Source: Tricharina praecox (lineage: Eukaryota). Taken from it: a stretch of 64,000 nt of DNA. Below are positions 13,556 to 26,254 of the stretch, in pieces. Position numbers and translations under genes: made by a program. Every line of letters begins with the position of its first letter. The first letter of the stretch is position 1. The stretch spans positions 2,356,001 to 2,420,000 of the forward strand of contig NW_026250404.1 in assembly GCF_024521635.1 (NCBI RefSeq), given 5' to 3'. The notes below the pieces were generated by a model. It was not told the origin of the DNA and searched no databases. It saw only the letters and a program-made list of their open reading frames with translations.

Positions 13556-14081
13556 AAAACAAATAACAAATCAGACCCCCAAGTAAAACTAAACATAAAG
13601 AAAAGAAAAAGTAAGCGCAACACGCATGCTAAACAAGAGTAGTAGTCCAGTAGTCCATATAGCGCTCCAACGGGGGTAATAGGTAGTAAAGTAGGTAGGT
13701 GAGTAGGTAAGGTAGGTAGAGTAGTAAAGTGGTAGCAGTATAGGTAGTATAGAATTCACCGTCAATCCCCCTGTCCGTGTCCAATCCCCGATGTCCAATC
13801 CCCCGTGTCCAATCCCCCACTTCGCCGTCCCCGCCGTCCCGTCTTCCCACGCTAGAAATAGGAAAGAGAAAAAGAATATAGAAAAAAGCAAAAAAGCAAG
13901 AAAAGAGAAAACATCCATCCAGCACCAAACCGAGCCAATCGAGAAAAAAAACTAAAGACAAAAGCTAAAATAGGTTCGTAGACTGAGAAATAAATAAAAC
14001 AACCAATGTCTACACATCCTATTATCCGGCAGAATGAACCGAGTAAAAACGCACTGCAGAGTTAGCTAGGTTGACCTCCAT

Positions 14082-15999
14082 CTACACGTCGACCGTGAAC
14101 GCCCATCTGGTTTGGTGTTAGTATGTTTGGTAAACGGGGAGGGTGCGAGGAACAGAGAGTGCATACCGTTCATTCTTGAGACCCTGCGCCGTATCCTCCA
14201 GCAGGATCCGGCGACGATTGTTGACGTATGCGGTACGATCCATCATCTCCTTCTTGCTCTCGCGGAGCTGATCCGGGGGTTTCTCAAAGAGCTCACTAAG
14301 CTGTTCAACCGCCATCTCTAGATCCTTCTGGTTGTCTTCGAAGATGTACGTGTTGTTGTTTCTCTCGAGGTAAAACGCAAAGGCATACGTCCACTTGAGG
14401 GTTTGGCGGCACTGCTGTAAGACCGACGACGCCTGAGCGAGGTACTGCACTTCGATCCAGGACATCCCCGACGCGGATTGCAGCATCGTCATCTTCTTCT
14501 CCGTCTTGATGAAGAGATCCTTGTCGAGCTTTGCCGAGTGGTCGTGGTTGGCATAACGGTTATAGTAATGGAGATAACGCTCCAGAGATGCCCGAGACTT
14601 TGCCTGGTTGTCCCGTGCTTCCGACCCACTCTTCTCCTCGTATCGGTTGCAGTTGTACCAGCTCGTGCCATGCTCGTTCCAAGGCCCCATACACACCCAA
14701 CAGAATTCGTGCTTACACTTCCGACTATTCAAACCAGGGTCAGCATATGCTTCTTCGGGCCACGCGAGGTTGCACGTGACTTACCAAGTCATGTGGTTAC
14801 AGCCACCATTCTTCTCGATCGTCGACACGCACTTCGGGCACTCTTTGGTGTGTGCTGATATCCAGTTCGACGTTTCCGAATCGTCCTCACACTTCTTGAG
14901 CCACTTCTTGATCAGTGAGCACGGACACGGCTGGTGGTCACTCTGTCCACACCCGAAGCAGAACCGGTTCCCGCAGTTGCATGTGACCGTAGGTACTATC
15001 TTGTGGAGTTCTGTTGACCGCACAGGACAGTCTATAGCAAACTCGCATTCGGGCGCAGGGCACCACCGGAGGTTCTGTTTGTCGTCGACATATGTTCGGT
15101 TCAAGAGCTCCTCGTAGCTACCACCGGATCATAAGAATCAAGTAACCCGCATAGTCCGATCGATGTGACTCACCGTTTGTAGACCTCGGGCGCAATCAGA
15201 AGCTTCGTCGTCTTCGAATCCACGATCCGCGTGCACCCTTCCGACGGACATTGTATGCGTGCAGCTTCCCCCTCATCCTTGATCTTCGATTCCAGGTATT
15301 GCCGGTAGCAGTTTGCACAATACCGGTGATCACACTTCATCGAGTAGGTCAACAGCCTCCGGCCCTCATCGCAGCAGATATCGCACGAAAACCCGGGGAT
15401 CTTCTCGAGCACCGGGGTGATTGCGTACTCCGAGCCGAGCCCAGCCTCCTCCAGGACCCGCTCCATGTTGTCCATGTATCGCTCGATCAACCGTTCCTTC
15501 TGCCATTTGAAATGGCGCAGGAGGATCCCACACTGCTCCGACGACAACCCGAAGAGGTCCGATAGTTCTGTGACTTGCGAGACCTGTTCCGCCCGCACCT
15601 CGCCCGACGATAACGTTTTGAAATCAACTTCGTACGCCTTCTTCTGCGGTTTCTCGTCCTTCACGTCGTCGAGGAACTGATCGTTATCGTCATCATCGAA
15701 CTCCGAGTCTGTCCGCACAGTCAGTGTCTGGTGTGGTGGGTAGCACACGGGGAGTAAATCGTAGGCATCGTGGAGGGTATGAGCACGCGACAAGCTTAGT
15801 TTAGCCTTGAGGGAGGGGCGCGCGGGGAAACTTAGGTCCTAGAAAGAGCGTGGGGAACGTTCCGAGAGCACCAAACAAGATGGTAGAGGAAGCGAAGCGG
15901 GGAAGATGGGGAAACTGCATGCATACCTAGCTCGCCCAAGCTATCGTTGTCGTAGTCGTCCTCCGACATGCGGTCGGACATGTCTTCATCGCTGGACAT
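14082..15999 (-). CDS. Ariadne-family RBR E3 ubiquitin ligase (Hel1/Dbl4/ARIH1-like)
   Basis: Acidic N-terminus, LLRHFKWQKERLIE, RING1 (CDICC..CDHRYCANC..IQCP), IBR (WCPAPEC..CNCGNRFCFGC..HQPCPC), RING2 (KECPKC..IEKNGGCNHMTC..CKHEFCWVC), Ariadne domain (LERYLHYYNRYANH, RQTLKWTY); spliced end WAFTVDV*. Confidence 0.93.
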
Positions 16000-18295
16000 G
16001 GCCGTGGTGACGGAGGGAGTAGTTTCGTCGACGGCGGGAGAGGTGGCAACACGCTTGGCTGCCGGGTCGTCGTCGGACGGGTCTTGAACCTTTCGTTTTC
16101 TGCTGGAGGAGACCGTGTTGAAGGCTATCGAGGTGGCTGCGTTGCTTGGATCGCTACCAAACAACGGAGGGCCGGCGTGGTGGAGAGGGAGGAGGAGAAC
16201 CTATATGTAGTCGGTGGGGATGTCGAAGAGTAACAGGACGATCAAGGGGGGCGGGTCGAGTTAGACAAGAGAACGAATGTTGTCGACAGCAAAGTCGAAG
16301 CGGGAGGAAGAAGAGAACAAGAGGGCGAAGCAGTGGGGGACAAGGTTAGAAGCGTTGCTGGGTTAGAACTGGCGATGAATGTGCTGGAATAGGTGTAGAA
16401 GCGAGAGATCGAAGGCAAGCGGCAAGCACCTCGAGCAAGTGAGCGCATAGAGTGGTTTCCGACTTAAATTCCCAATCGGGGAAAAAGAGAGCACTTGCTC
16501 ACTGAGCACCGACTGTAAATATTATTCCCGGGCTTGGCATCGCGCGCTGTCATGTGCTGACTCACAGGCTACTTGCATGACTCAGAAATGACTGCAACTC
16601 GAGTTCTCGGTGAGCATTTGAACCTACATGTGGCAGCACTGCCTCGCCCAGCGGCCAGCCAAGCGGTGATGCCTTATGTACCTAAACACTCACACATATT
16701 TACTTTGATACTCCACCGACCATGTAAAACTCAAAGTAAAGTTACTCGCTTCCATCTACGCGGGATGAACCTTCGCGGCTACTGGTAGTTCTATGGAGTA
16801 AGTACCAGTAACTATGACCTAATGTGCTTATCGCCGTCACCCCCGGCAATGCAACATTCTGTGCATAATCTCATCCGAATTCCACAGTTCCAAAGTGTGC
16901 AATATGGATATACCCGTAAACCTACACCCTTGGGACGATATGCAGAATATACAGGCGCAGCCTTCCCTAGGACCTATCCCCCTAGAATCAGTGGCCTGAA
17001 AGAGAGCACATCAATCTATTCTTTTTTTTGTTCATTCATTGATTGCGTGCGACCTATCTAGATCATGGTAATATCTACCCGTTCGCCCCCCGTTTCCCGC
17101 CACTGTCCAACCCAACTTTCATCAGGCGGCCCGATGTGGCTTTCCCTGCCCTCGCCGTGGCCTGTCCCAACGATGTATGACCAAAGAAATGACACTGGGA
17201 AAAGACAACTTCCACTCCCTCGACTCGTCCTTGCCTCACCGCAAGTCACTAGTCCTTGTCGCCGCCTCCTGCCTCTTCATCAGGAGATGCCATGAAGGAA
17301 GGTGTAGGAAGAAATAGCGGGCGTGGCCCCGGCTTCTCAACCTCAGCACCCTCCTCCTCCTCCTCTCGCCTCATGTCCGCCTCCCTTTCCTCCCGCTCCC
17401 TGAGCTCCCACTCGGATACCTCACTCGCTGCATCTTCCTCCGTGACCTGTAGAATCCATCTGCCCACATCAATGGAATAGAGGAACTCTAGGGTATCAGT
17501 GCCCTGAATCCCGCGCATTTCTCCGTCAGAATCCCACAGGCCGAGTGATCTCACATGCAGGGACATCGGCATCCACTCACCACATCCACCACATTCACCA
17601 CATCTAGCACAAACAGCGCAGTACGATGATTAAGTAACCCTCAATACAATGCATCCCATTGCAACAGACGCTCCTTTGTTACCGACAACAACAACAATAG
17701 AACATCCACTCGCCCCCCCTAAACCCCTAAACCAAACAAACAAGATAAGTTGAGTTGGGCGGATAGGCGAACATGGAGGCATGTGCCATATCGAAGTACA
17801 GCAGAAAAAAACGTCAAACTCGTACATTTTTTCTCGGTGCAAGACACACACATAATTCAGAGAATTCAGAGGAAACCGTTTTGCCCGCCCACTTCACTGC
17901 ATAAACGGGGAAAGGTTGGTTTGTTAAAAAAAAAAAACCAGGTGAGAGAAATTTGGTAAAAAATTGGTTGATCGCCCCAAATTCCAAAAAAGGAAGAAAA
18001 AAATAATGAAAAGGAAAAAGGAAAAGGAAAAGGAAAGAAAAGCCAAGAATGACCCATAGCACGCCGCGTTTTGCCTCCTCAATAAAACAGACGAAGCGAC
18101 GAAGAAAAACCTAGAGAGACCCCACACGCGTGACCCGAATGAAAGATCAACACTAAAAAAGAACCAAAATTCACATTTAGAGGGGATAGAAAAGAAACCC
18201 CCATTAAACCCAGAAGGAAATATGATAAACATGGAATGAAAACTCGAGACGGCGGGATTGTGCGCCAAAAACCGGTTCATGAGAACGAAGAATCT

Positions 18296-20869
18296 TTAGT
18301 ACCGCTGCTGCTTCTTGATGGGACCATACATGTCATCCTCCGCAAGTCTTCTTTGCCCTTGGGCAGGACTCTGATACGAATGTCCATGCGCTGACGCATC
18401 GTCGGGCATGTAACCTCCCATCATCCCCATGTATCCTCCTCCGGGCTCCTCCATGCCCCCCTGCGGTTGCACTTGTTGCGGAACATCTTCGGCCATATCT
18501 GTCGGGCTTCGACCGGTGCTGTACATTCCGGCAGTTCCGGGGCTCTTTGACGGCGCAGGAGAGACCGAGTACTTCAAGCCGTTGCCAGTGTTGGGGGGAT
18601 CCGCTAGCTGGTCGTGGTGCATGCCGTGCTGAGGATTATTGAAGTTGAGCTGCGTAGGTATGGATCCCTGCGACATCTGGCCATGCGACGGCTGCTGCTG
18701 CTGGGGTTGTTGCTGAGGTTGTTGCCCTCCCTTCGGCCGAGTGAGGTGCACGAGTTGGTGCTCAAGCATCTGCAGAAGACCTTCTTTGGTGAAGGGTTTA
18801 GGTAATACGTCATTCATGCCTATTTTTATCAGGCAACATCCCCAGAACAACAAACAACGAAGGGAAAGTAGCCCTTACCATTATTAAAGTAATTGTTTAT
18901 ATCGTCGCGGCGAATGTTTGACGTCATGGCAATGATGGGCGTATCGGTGTTGAACTGTCGTATAAGAGCGGCGGCAGAGCAACCATCCAGGTTGGGCATC
19001 ATGATATCCATAAGCACGAGGTCATATGTTTTCCGACCCATCTTGTTGACGGCGATCAAACCATCGTCCTAAAAAACACCTTCATCAGCGCCAAATACAA
19101 GCACCACCGTACGGACGGTACTAACCGCAACATCAACCATACACTGTGCACTCGTTAGAAACTTGCTTCCGATTCGCCGACAAGTAGGATCATCCTCGAC
19201 GAGCAACACTCTTGGCGGCGACCTCCAGTGTGGCGTTTGGGGCGTGCTTCTCTTTCGATTCGGCGTGGGTCGGCCAGAGTTGCCACCGACCACACTACCG
19301 GAGCTGCCTTGCGGAGGAGGAGGAGTCTCTTGATGTGGATGTTGCCATGGCAGTTGACCTGGAGGATGGCCATTATTGTTGAACGGGTGATTGATCCCCG
19401 GGAACATATGCTCCCCGGATTGTTCCGTTCCGTTCACGACATTCATCATCTGACCATTCTGGTAACCCCCGCCATACCCTCCATCGTGTTGATCCTGGTG
19501 GGCCATTGGGAACTGGTCGATGCCGGCCTGTATGCTAGGTCTTTGGAGGTTTCGGTATCCTTCCATGAGACGCTGTGCTTGCTGCAACGGCGATCCATTA
19601 CTGCCGGGCGCCTGCTGGTGGTTGGCCGGGGATGTAGCCGAGGAACCCATACCGCCAGTCTGACCGGGCGACACCGGGTCATCGTGGAGAATCTCTTGGC
19701 CGTGACTATTGTTCCTGCCATAATCCTGCTTCAACGACCGGACTTGGGCGCTGAGATCCGACAGTACCGAGAGTAACCTCTTGATTATCTCCTCGTGCTG
19801 GTGTATGTATACCGCCTGCGAGCTGATGGCTAGTTGCATATCCTGGTACGCATTTCCCGTCTGTTCGTGGAACTTTTGCATCCGCTCGTTGAGGACCTGC
19901 TGCGACTCCCTGACTTGTCGGAATTCTCCTTGGAGTTGCTCTATCTGCTGCGAGCCCGATTCATCGAACTGCGTTTGTTGTTTCCGCGAAGCCGGAGCTT
20001 TCCGACGGATGTTGTCGAGGTTGTCCTTGCTATCCTTGGTGAATTCGGGATGCTTGAACTGCCAACCCTACACGGACGGTCAGTGCCCATCGCGTCCGGC
20101 ACGTCCGAGAAGTAAGGTGCCCACCTCTCCACTGCCCGCACCCTCGTCCGTGTTTTTTATCTTGTGGAAATCATATCTGGCACCGAGTCAGCCGTTGTTC
20201 CAGAATGTCAGAACGTGTAGAATCGGACTTGTTAAGTTGGCGGACGAAGCTCGCAAAGTTGCTATGTTTGAAGTGCTGCGGTAGGATGTTCTTGGTGAAG
20301 TCGTTGGTCTAAAGAGTGTGAAAGTTAGCCTTTCGCGCGCGCGACACGAGGGCGGTATGTAGCTCTGCCAAAGGGGTTTCGAGAATTAAGCATCCGCATC
20401 ACTAAACGTACATCCACCACAATGAAACTGTCTCCTGAGTGACTCCACCGAACAACGTTGCTGTGTGTAGGATCCTCGAGCATTCTGCGTTTTCGGGCAA
20501 CATCCTGTCAGAGCGAGCTTTCATTCGCGGAGGTCGGGTAGAGGCAGGAGAGGTAAAGAACGAGGAAGAAGAGAAGAGAAGAGAAGAAGAGGAGGAAGAA
20601 GAGGAAGAAGAAGCAAATTGAGGCGTGAATCGCGGCAGTGAGAGTGAACGTACTTATAAAGCTTGCGAACCTAGAGATGTCAACGCGCGCGCACGCACAC
20701 GCCGTTAGAATGGTCATTCCACAGAAATTGACGACTGCCGGATCAAACAGCACCTCGGCGGCGCGCTCGAGCAAGGGGAGCGGGAAAGGAAGGCAAAACT
20801 CACGAAGTCGCTACTGCTCTGACTACCACCTCCAGCTCCCCCACCGCCTGCAGAGCTACTCGGTTCCAT
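18296..20869 (-). CDS. SKN7: Skn7/SrrA/Prr1 response regulator transcription factor (HSF DNA-binding plus receiver domain)
   Basis: SSDFVRKLYKMLED, ILPQHFKHSNFASFVRQLNKYDFHK, WQFKHP..IRRKAP (HSF domain); VLLVEDD..YDLVLMDIMMPNLDG..PIIAMTSN..GMNDVLPKPF (receiver, phospho-Asp intact); 17-nt microexon 20654-20670. Confidence 0.95.
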
Positions 20870-21969
20870 ATCCAGCCACAAGGAGACGGGGGGAGGCGGG
20901 GAGGCGGGGAGGGGATCTCGAGAACGGGACGTCGTTCTAGTCGAACAGACGACGATTCGGTTCGTATAGTGAATTGAGGTTCGCGACACGAACAGGGGTT
21001 CCACCAGCCGCCGACGGGAATCGGAAGTGTCGCTTATTCAGTCGGTAGAAGTGGTTGGTGATCTAGATTCGTGGACTCGTGGGGTATCGACAGATGATGT
21101 TGTACCCAGCAGAGCGAGTCGCAATGGATCCCTGCATCCGGTTTTGGGAGTGTAGGAGCGGGAGTGCGTGCGTTTTTCTCGATCGCACCAGACAGCGCGG
21201 AGCGGGGGGCGCGGTGGCGGACGGGCTCTGGGTATGTCTCGCTATCGATATCGGGGGAAGGGGTGGCGGAGGAAGGGCTGTCGCCGAGTACAGAGCCTCT
21301 TCTGGTCTTCTTCGTCGTCGTCGGTGGTGTCGGTGTCGTTGTTGTCGTCGTCGCAGTTCGGTGGTCGATCAGAGATCATCCAATAGAGTAGCAGCTCTGG
21401 CCCCCCCTAGTCTATCTTTGGAAGTCGCGAAAGCCCGCGGACTCGGATTATGACTGGCTGACTGGCGACGGCGAAAGGTGAACCTGGCAGGCAGATGGGG
21501 CGGAACGAACGGACGGACGGAGTGGACGGAGGGGGGAGGAGGGACGGGGACGGTCAAAAAGGGAGGGAGGAGAACGTCGATGTTTTCTGCGGCGGACGGT
21601 CGTCGGAGGAGAGGGCAGGATAAGACTAGTTAGCGGGATTGGCACAGGTGAAGCGGGAGACAACGAGGGTGGTGGTGGTGGTGGTGGTGGTGGCGATTTT
21701 AGCTGCGGCGCGATCGCGGGAGGCCAGGAGGCTGGGTACTTGACCGTAAAGTAGATGAGACCTTCTATGAAGAAAAGTGAGAGAGCGACGCAGAACAACG
21801 GTGCATACACATACCTAACGTAAGTAGCGATAGTGAAGACGGGAAGGAGAAGAAAGAGGAGGAGGAGGGGCAGAAGCGGATGAGGAGGAGGAGAAGCAGC
21901 AGGCTGGAGAGGAACGGGGCCCACAAGGATAGTAGCCGTACAATGCTGGCTAGATACTGATCAGTCAGT

Positions 21970-22045
21970 TTCTCCTTCTTCTCCTTCTTCTTCTCCTTCT
22001 TCTTCTTCTCGTCCTTTTTCTTGCTCTTGTTCCTCTTCTTCTTCC
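21970..22045. repeat. (CTT/CTC)n pyrimidine microsatellite upstream of SKN7
   Basis: ttctccttcttctccttcttcttctccttcttcttcttctc read directly. Confidence 0.8.
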
Positions 22046-22559
22046 CTTATCCCACACGCTCTCACACCCACTGTCTCACACTCTCACATTCACAGTGAAT
22101 ACCCACACTCACTATCAGTATCTATCACTCTCAATATGGCTCACGTCACTCGTGGAGAGATCGTGGGCTTCGACACGTCCAACGGGACGGCGGACGAGTT
22201 TTTCGAGGCGGGTGGTCCGTGCCTGTCTTTTGTATCAACGTTCCTAGGGTCGGATCGTCAGTCTACCTTTGATATGAGTATCGTCGAACGGCAACAATGG
22301 CCGTACGCTCTCCAATATGGCAGAATGCGCGTCAGGGCTGGCTTACTGGTTGCGAGAGAGCACTGGCTGGCGATGGCCGCCTTCTCCCGCCCGGAAGAAA
22401 CGCATTATCTGGGGGACTGAAAGACCAGGGGATCCGTTGGTTGTGATATGTTATGTATCACCACCACTATCTCCATCACCACCATCACCTACCGTCTTTC
22501 TCTATGGTCTTCGGTTTTTTTTCCCTGGGCCGGGATAAATTAATCGACGGGCCGGACAG

Positions 22560-22670
22560 ACGGAACGAAAAGGTTCTGGACGAAAAGATGTTAGACAAAA
22601 AGGACAAAAAGATGTTGAACAAAAAGATGCCGTACAAAAAGATGCTGGACGGAAAGATGCCGGACGAAAT
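22560..22670. repeat. Degenerate ~15-bp tandem repeat (AAAAAGATGYYGGAC)
   Basis: gaaaagatgttagac / aaaaagatgttgaac / aaaaagatgccgtac / aaaaagatgctggac / ggaaagatgccggac. Confidence 0.75.
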
Positions 22671-23412
22671 ACGCAGACGTGACTCTGTTGAGGCCCGAGG
22701 ATAGTTAGAGCTGCGATGTCCAGCCATTGGGCCGAATACTTGTACACCGACATCGGACAATAGCAGCCAGAATGATTAACTCCATTGAAGCCTGTGGGAA
22801 CCCTTGGGGAACCCCCTCTGGCCGAGTGTAAATAAAATTTCGGTCCCGTCAACTCTAAAACTTTGAGGCTATGTATGATGAAATTCCCCTTCATGCTCAG
22901 CCTCGGACCTCGTGAGTGAGCTAGAGTTTAACGGTAATATAGTACCACATTCGTAGACGCCGCAGCCGTATAATGGTGGCCCGTCGATTAGCGCTCACGG
23001 CTGGACGATCCGAGTCTCGGTCACTCGGCATCCATAGATGCCGTGGATGTAATCTAGACGCGGAAATCGTGTCTGCAATGCCATCAGGACATGTATGCAT
23101 CCTATGCATCCACACGATGGTATGTATGTAAGTCTGTATTTACTGGAAGACCAAGTCCCCAAGTACCTATCTCCAAACTCCAGACCTCGCTCGGAGCCCA
23201 GCCCGGTCTGACTTCGCAGCACGCAGAGGGAGGCGTATGTATGAATGTGTGTATGCAAGTATGCCGCCAGCCTGCCAGTCACCAGTTGCTAGAGTAACCA
23301 CTAGCATGAAGAGTCTCTAGTCGTTGTTTCGCTGCACAGCAGCACCCACACTGGCCCGTTCTGGGTGGCTGCCGTGCATGTGTGTGTCGATCGTTCTGCA
23401 CGACGCAGTTGA

Positions 23413-23452
23413 ACTTGCAGTACTTGCAGTACTTGCAGTAGATACTTGCAGT
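23413..23452. repeat. 9-bp tandem repeat (ACTTGCAGT) x4
   Basis: Read directly. Confidence 0.8.
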
Positions 23453-25155
23453 GCAGCCCACCGGACCAGACGACAGATCCGAACACACCGCGGACAGCTA
23501 GGCAGGAGTGGGGGAGATTCGACTCGTATCGTATGTAGAATACCTGCTGGAGCAGAGTGGGTAAATCATTTCCAGGAGGTATGTACCGTGTGTGTATAGT
23601 GAATACTTTACTGGCAGACTACCTATTCGGTCAGTTTGTATGTATGATAGGTATATGTGGGCAGTATGAATAATATCAATCACGAGAACGAAGAAGGGAA
23701 AGAGGACTCACCCAACTTACCAAGTACTCCAAAAGAAACTTGGCACAGCTTCCTGCGGAATATGCATGTTGCACATACCGTACGAACTCAATGGGAACGA
23801 ACTTCATTGGAGGAATAAACATCGTGAAGTTCACGGACACCATCGACCCGAGTGAATGGAGCGAACAGGATGCTAACTGTCAAGCGGAGAAGGAAGTCAT
23901 TTGTAAGTTTGTATGTAACTTTTGCAAGTTTGAATGAAAGCAAGCACCTCCGTCACCAGCCATCAGCCATCGGCCTTAGATAATATTTCGAAGTCAATTC
24001 GGACAGGCTTTTGCCCTTTGCCTTTGCGAGTCGACACGCCCGCGCCCGCGCCCGTCCTCGTCTTAACAAATAAATTCAAATGGTCATGTCGCGAAGACTA
24101 TCGCCGTTGGTAGAGCTTCCTTACTTAAGTACCGTACTAGGGCTGATAGAATGCGATCAATTAATGTTAACTAATTCACGTCGTGACGGTACCTATCCAT
24201 CTCACTCTCTCTCGCAATCTCTCAATCTATCTCGCCCTCTCTCAATCTCTCCCACTCTCATGATGGCGGTATAAGGTAAGCACTGCTATGGATCGCGAGA
24301 CCAGCCCAATAGCGCGCACATGAGAATCGGCCTCATGTGCGCGCCTCACCGCTGACGATACATACGGCTCCGCTCCGTTTCGTTCTGGCCGGAGCACCGT
24401 ATTCAACCATGCCTACGCATAAAAAAAAGCAAACTCGACGAACCCCCGCGTGCGCGGAAGGGAGAGACGGGGACGGGGACGGAGATACCTATCCAATCAT
24501 CTTATCTCCATACATAAAAAGTAGGTACCTGGTACTGACCCCACGGTACCTACGATACACCATCAACCAGCAGCGGTGGTGGACTTGCGTGTGTACAACG
24601 TCAACACGGCTGGCGGATATCCATCAGAATAATAATTACTCGATGTGATTCTGCCTCTGCACCAGCTAGAGTGGGTATCCGAATATATGTCCGAATAGGT
24701 ATACTCTCGCAAACCTCGAGAGCTCAACGGGAAGGAACCGGTGCCATTTGCAGCCTCTTCCGTTCAATTCTTTCTACTGTATAGTACCGTAACGGTAGCA
24801 ACCTGATCGATTAACGCTGTCATTGGGTCATACGTTATGCCAGCGGCCATCCGCGACATCTCTCCACCACCACCATCACACCGTTGATGTCATGCGTGTG
24901 GGGAATTGGAGGGGAGGGGGAGCGGGAGGGGAGGGGAGGGAAGGGAAAGAATGGAAGGAATGGAACTTGTTACGGTTGATATATCCCGAGTACCTACTAT
25001 GATAGAGCAGTGGTAGCATGGCCATGAGCCTTTTCCGATGTACCACAAATTCCTACTCAGCCGTAACTAACACCACAAGCAGGCAAAAAAGACACCGTCC
25101 ACAACCACCACCACCTCCTCCACCACCTCCATCACCACCACCACCACCCATCACA

Positions 25156-25948
25156 ATGTTACACCGTATCTCGCCCCTCCTCCGTACGGCCATCACCGCC
25201 AATGCCAAGCGCTCGTTCCACCGCTCCAGCATCCTCTCTGTCAAAGCCGGCGACGCGTTTCCCGACGTCGAGCTGATGGAGGACAGGCACGTACCCGCTC
25301 GCAACCCCGGACGCTGTCTGCCACCCGTCGTGCACGCAACGCAACTCGACTGACATTTGGAATTGACGATTGAAGCCCTGGAAACAAGGTGTCCCTCGCA
25401 CAGCTACTGAACAAGCACGGCAAGGCTCTCGTCATTGGCGTTCCCGCTGGTATAGCCCGAGCTCCAATAATCTCGACGTGATAATCGGTTCGATTTGCTG
25501 AACTCGCATCCGTAGCGTTCTCCCCTGCTTGCTCGGCCACCCACATTCCCGGCTATGTCAGCGCGAAATCCGGCGTGCCGACCTACGTCGTTTCCGTCAA
25601 CGACCCGTTCGTGATGAAGGTTCCTCTCCTCTCCCTTCCTTTCCCTTCCTTCCTCTCCGTCTAGCACGTCGTATGTAGAGTGCTGACCGCATGATGGCAC
25701 AGGCGTGGAAGGACACCCTCGTCAAGGACTCCACTCCGGGCGAATTCCGATTCCTTGCCGACTCCGACGGCTCGCTCACCGCCGCTCTCGGGATGGAATT
25801 CGACAGCGAGAAGATCTTCGGAAACAAGAGGTCCAAGAGGTACGCAATGTACGTGGAGAACGGCACGGTCAAGAAGGTATTCCCCGAGCCGGACAATACG
25901 GGAGTCGATGTGAGCGCGGCGGAGAAGGTTCTCGCTGCTATCGCTTGA
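25156..25948 (+). CDS. Peroxiredoxin, Prx5/Pmp20/Ahp1 type, with mitochondrial targeting peptide
   Basis: MTS-like MLHRISPLLRTAITANAKRSFHRSS; GVPAAFSPACSATHIPGY (peroxidatic Cys), SVNDPFVMKAW, FLAD, RSKRYAMYVENG; three introns, first is GC-AG. Confidence 0.92.
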
Positions 25949-26245
25949 GCGACTCTCTGTGGAGGATTCTGACCCAAGGCGAGCAAATTCAATTTCACTC
26001 GGCCAAAGCTGAGATGTTTCTTCCTTATCCTCTCCTTCCGTTGGTGCAAGATACTCTGCATACTCCGCATACCTATCAATCAACTCGCCCCGGACACCCG
26101 TGTGGCCACTACCCCCACCCCCGCCATGCCCCCGCCCCCCCTCCCCCCTCAATATCTTGGGGGCTGGCTTGGGGCTTAAACTATTAGAGTTGGCGCCACA
26201 CTTTATGCAGTCCCCTCCCCAGGCCCAACTGTCAACCCTCGGCCC

Positions 26246-26254
26246 ATCTGATAA
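26246..26254 (+). promoter_or_regulatory. SreA-type GATA element ATCTGATAA upstream of mitoferrin
   Basis: Exact match to ATCWGATAA; second GATA (TTATCT) at 26273-26278. Confidence 0.5.

Noticed and set aside
23740..23937. Short protein-like ORF in the SKN7-Prx5 intergenic region
   Set aside because: 65 aa, no recognisable family or consistent exon structure
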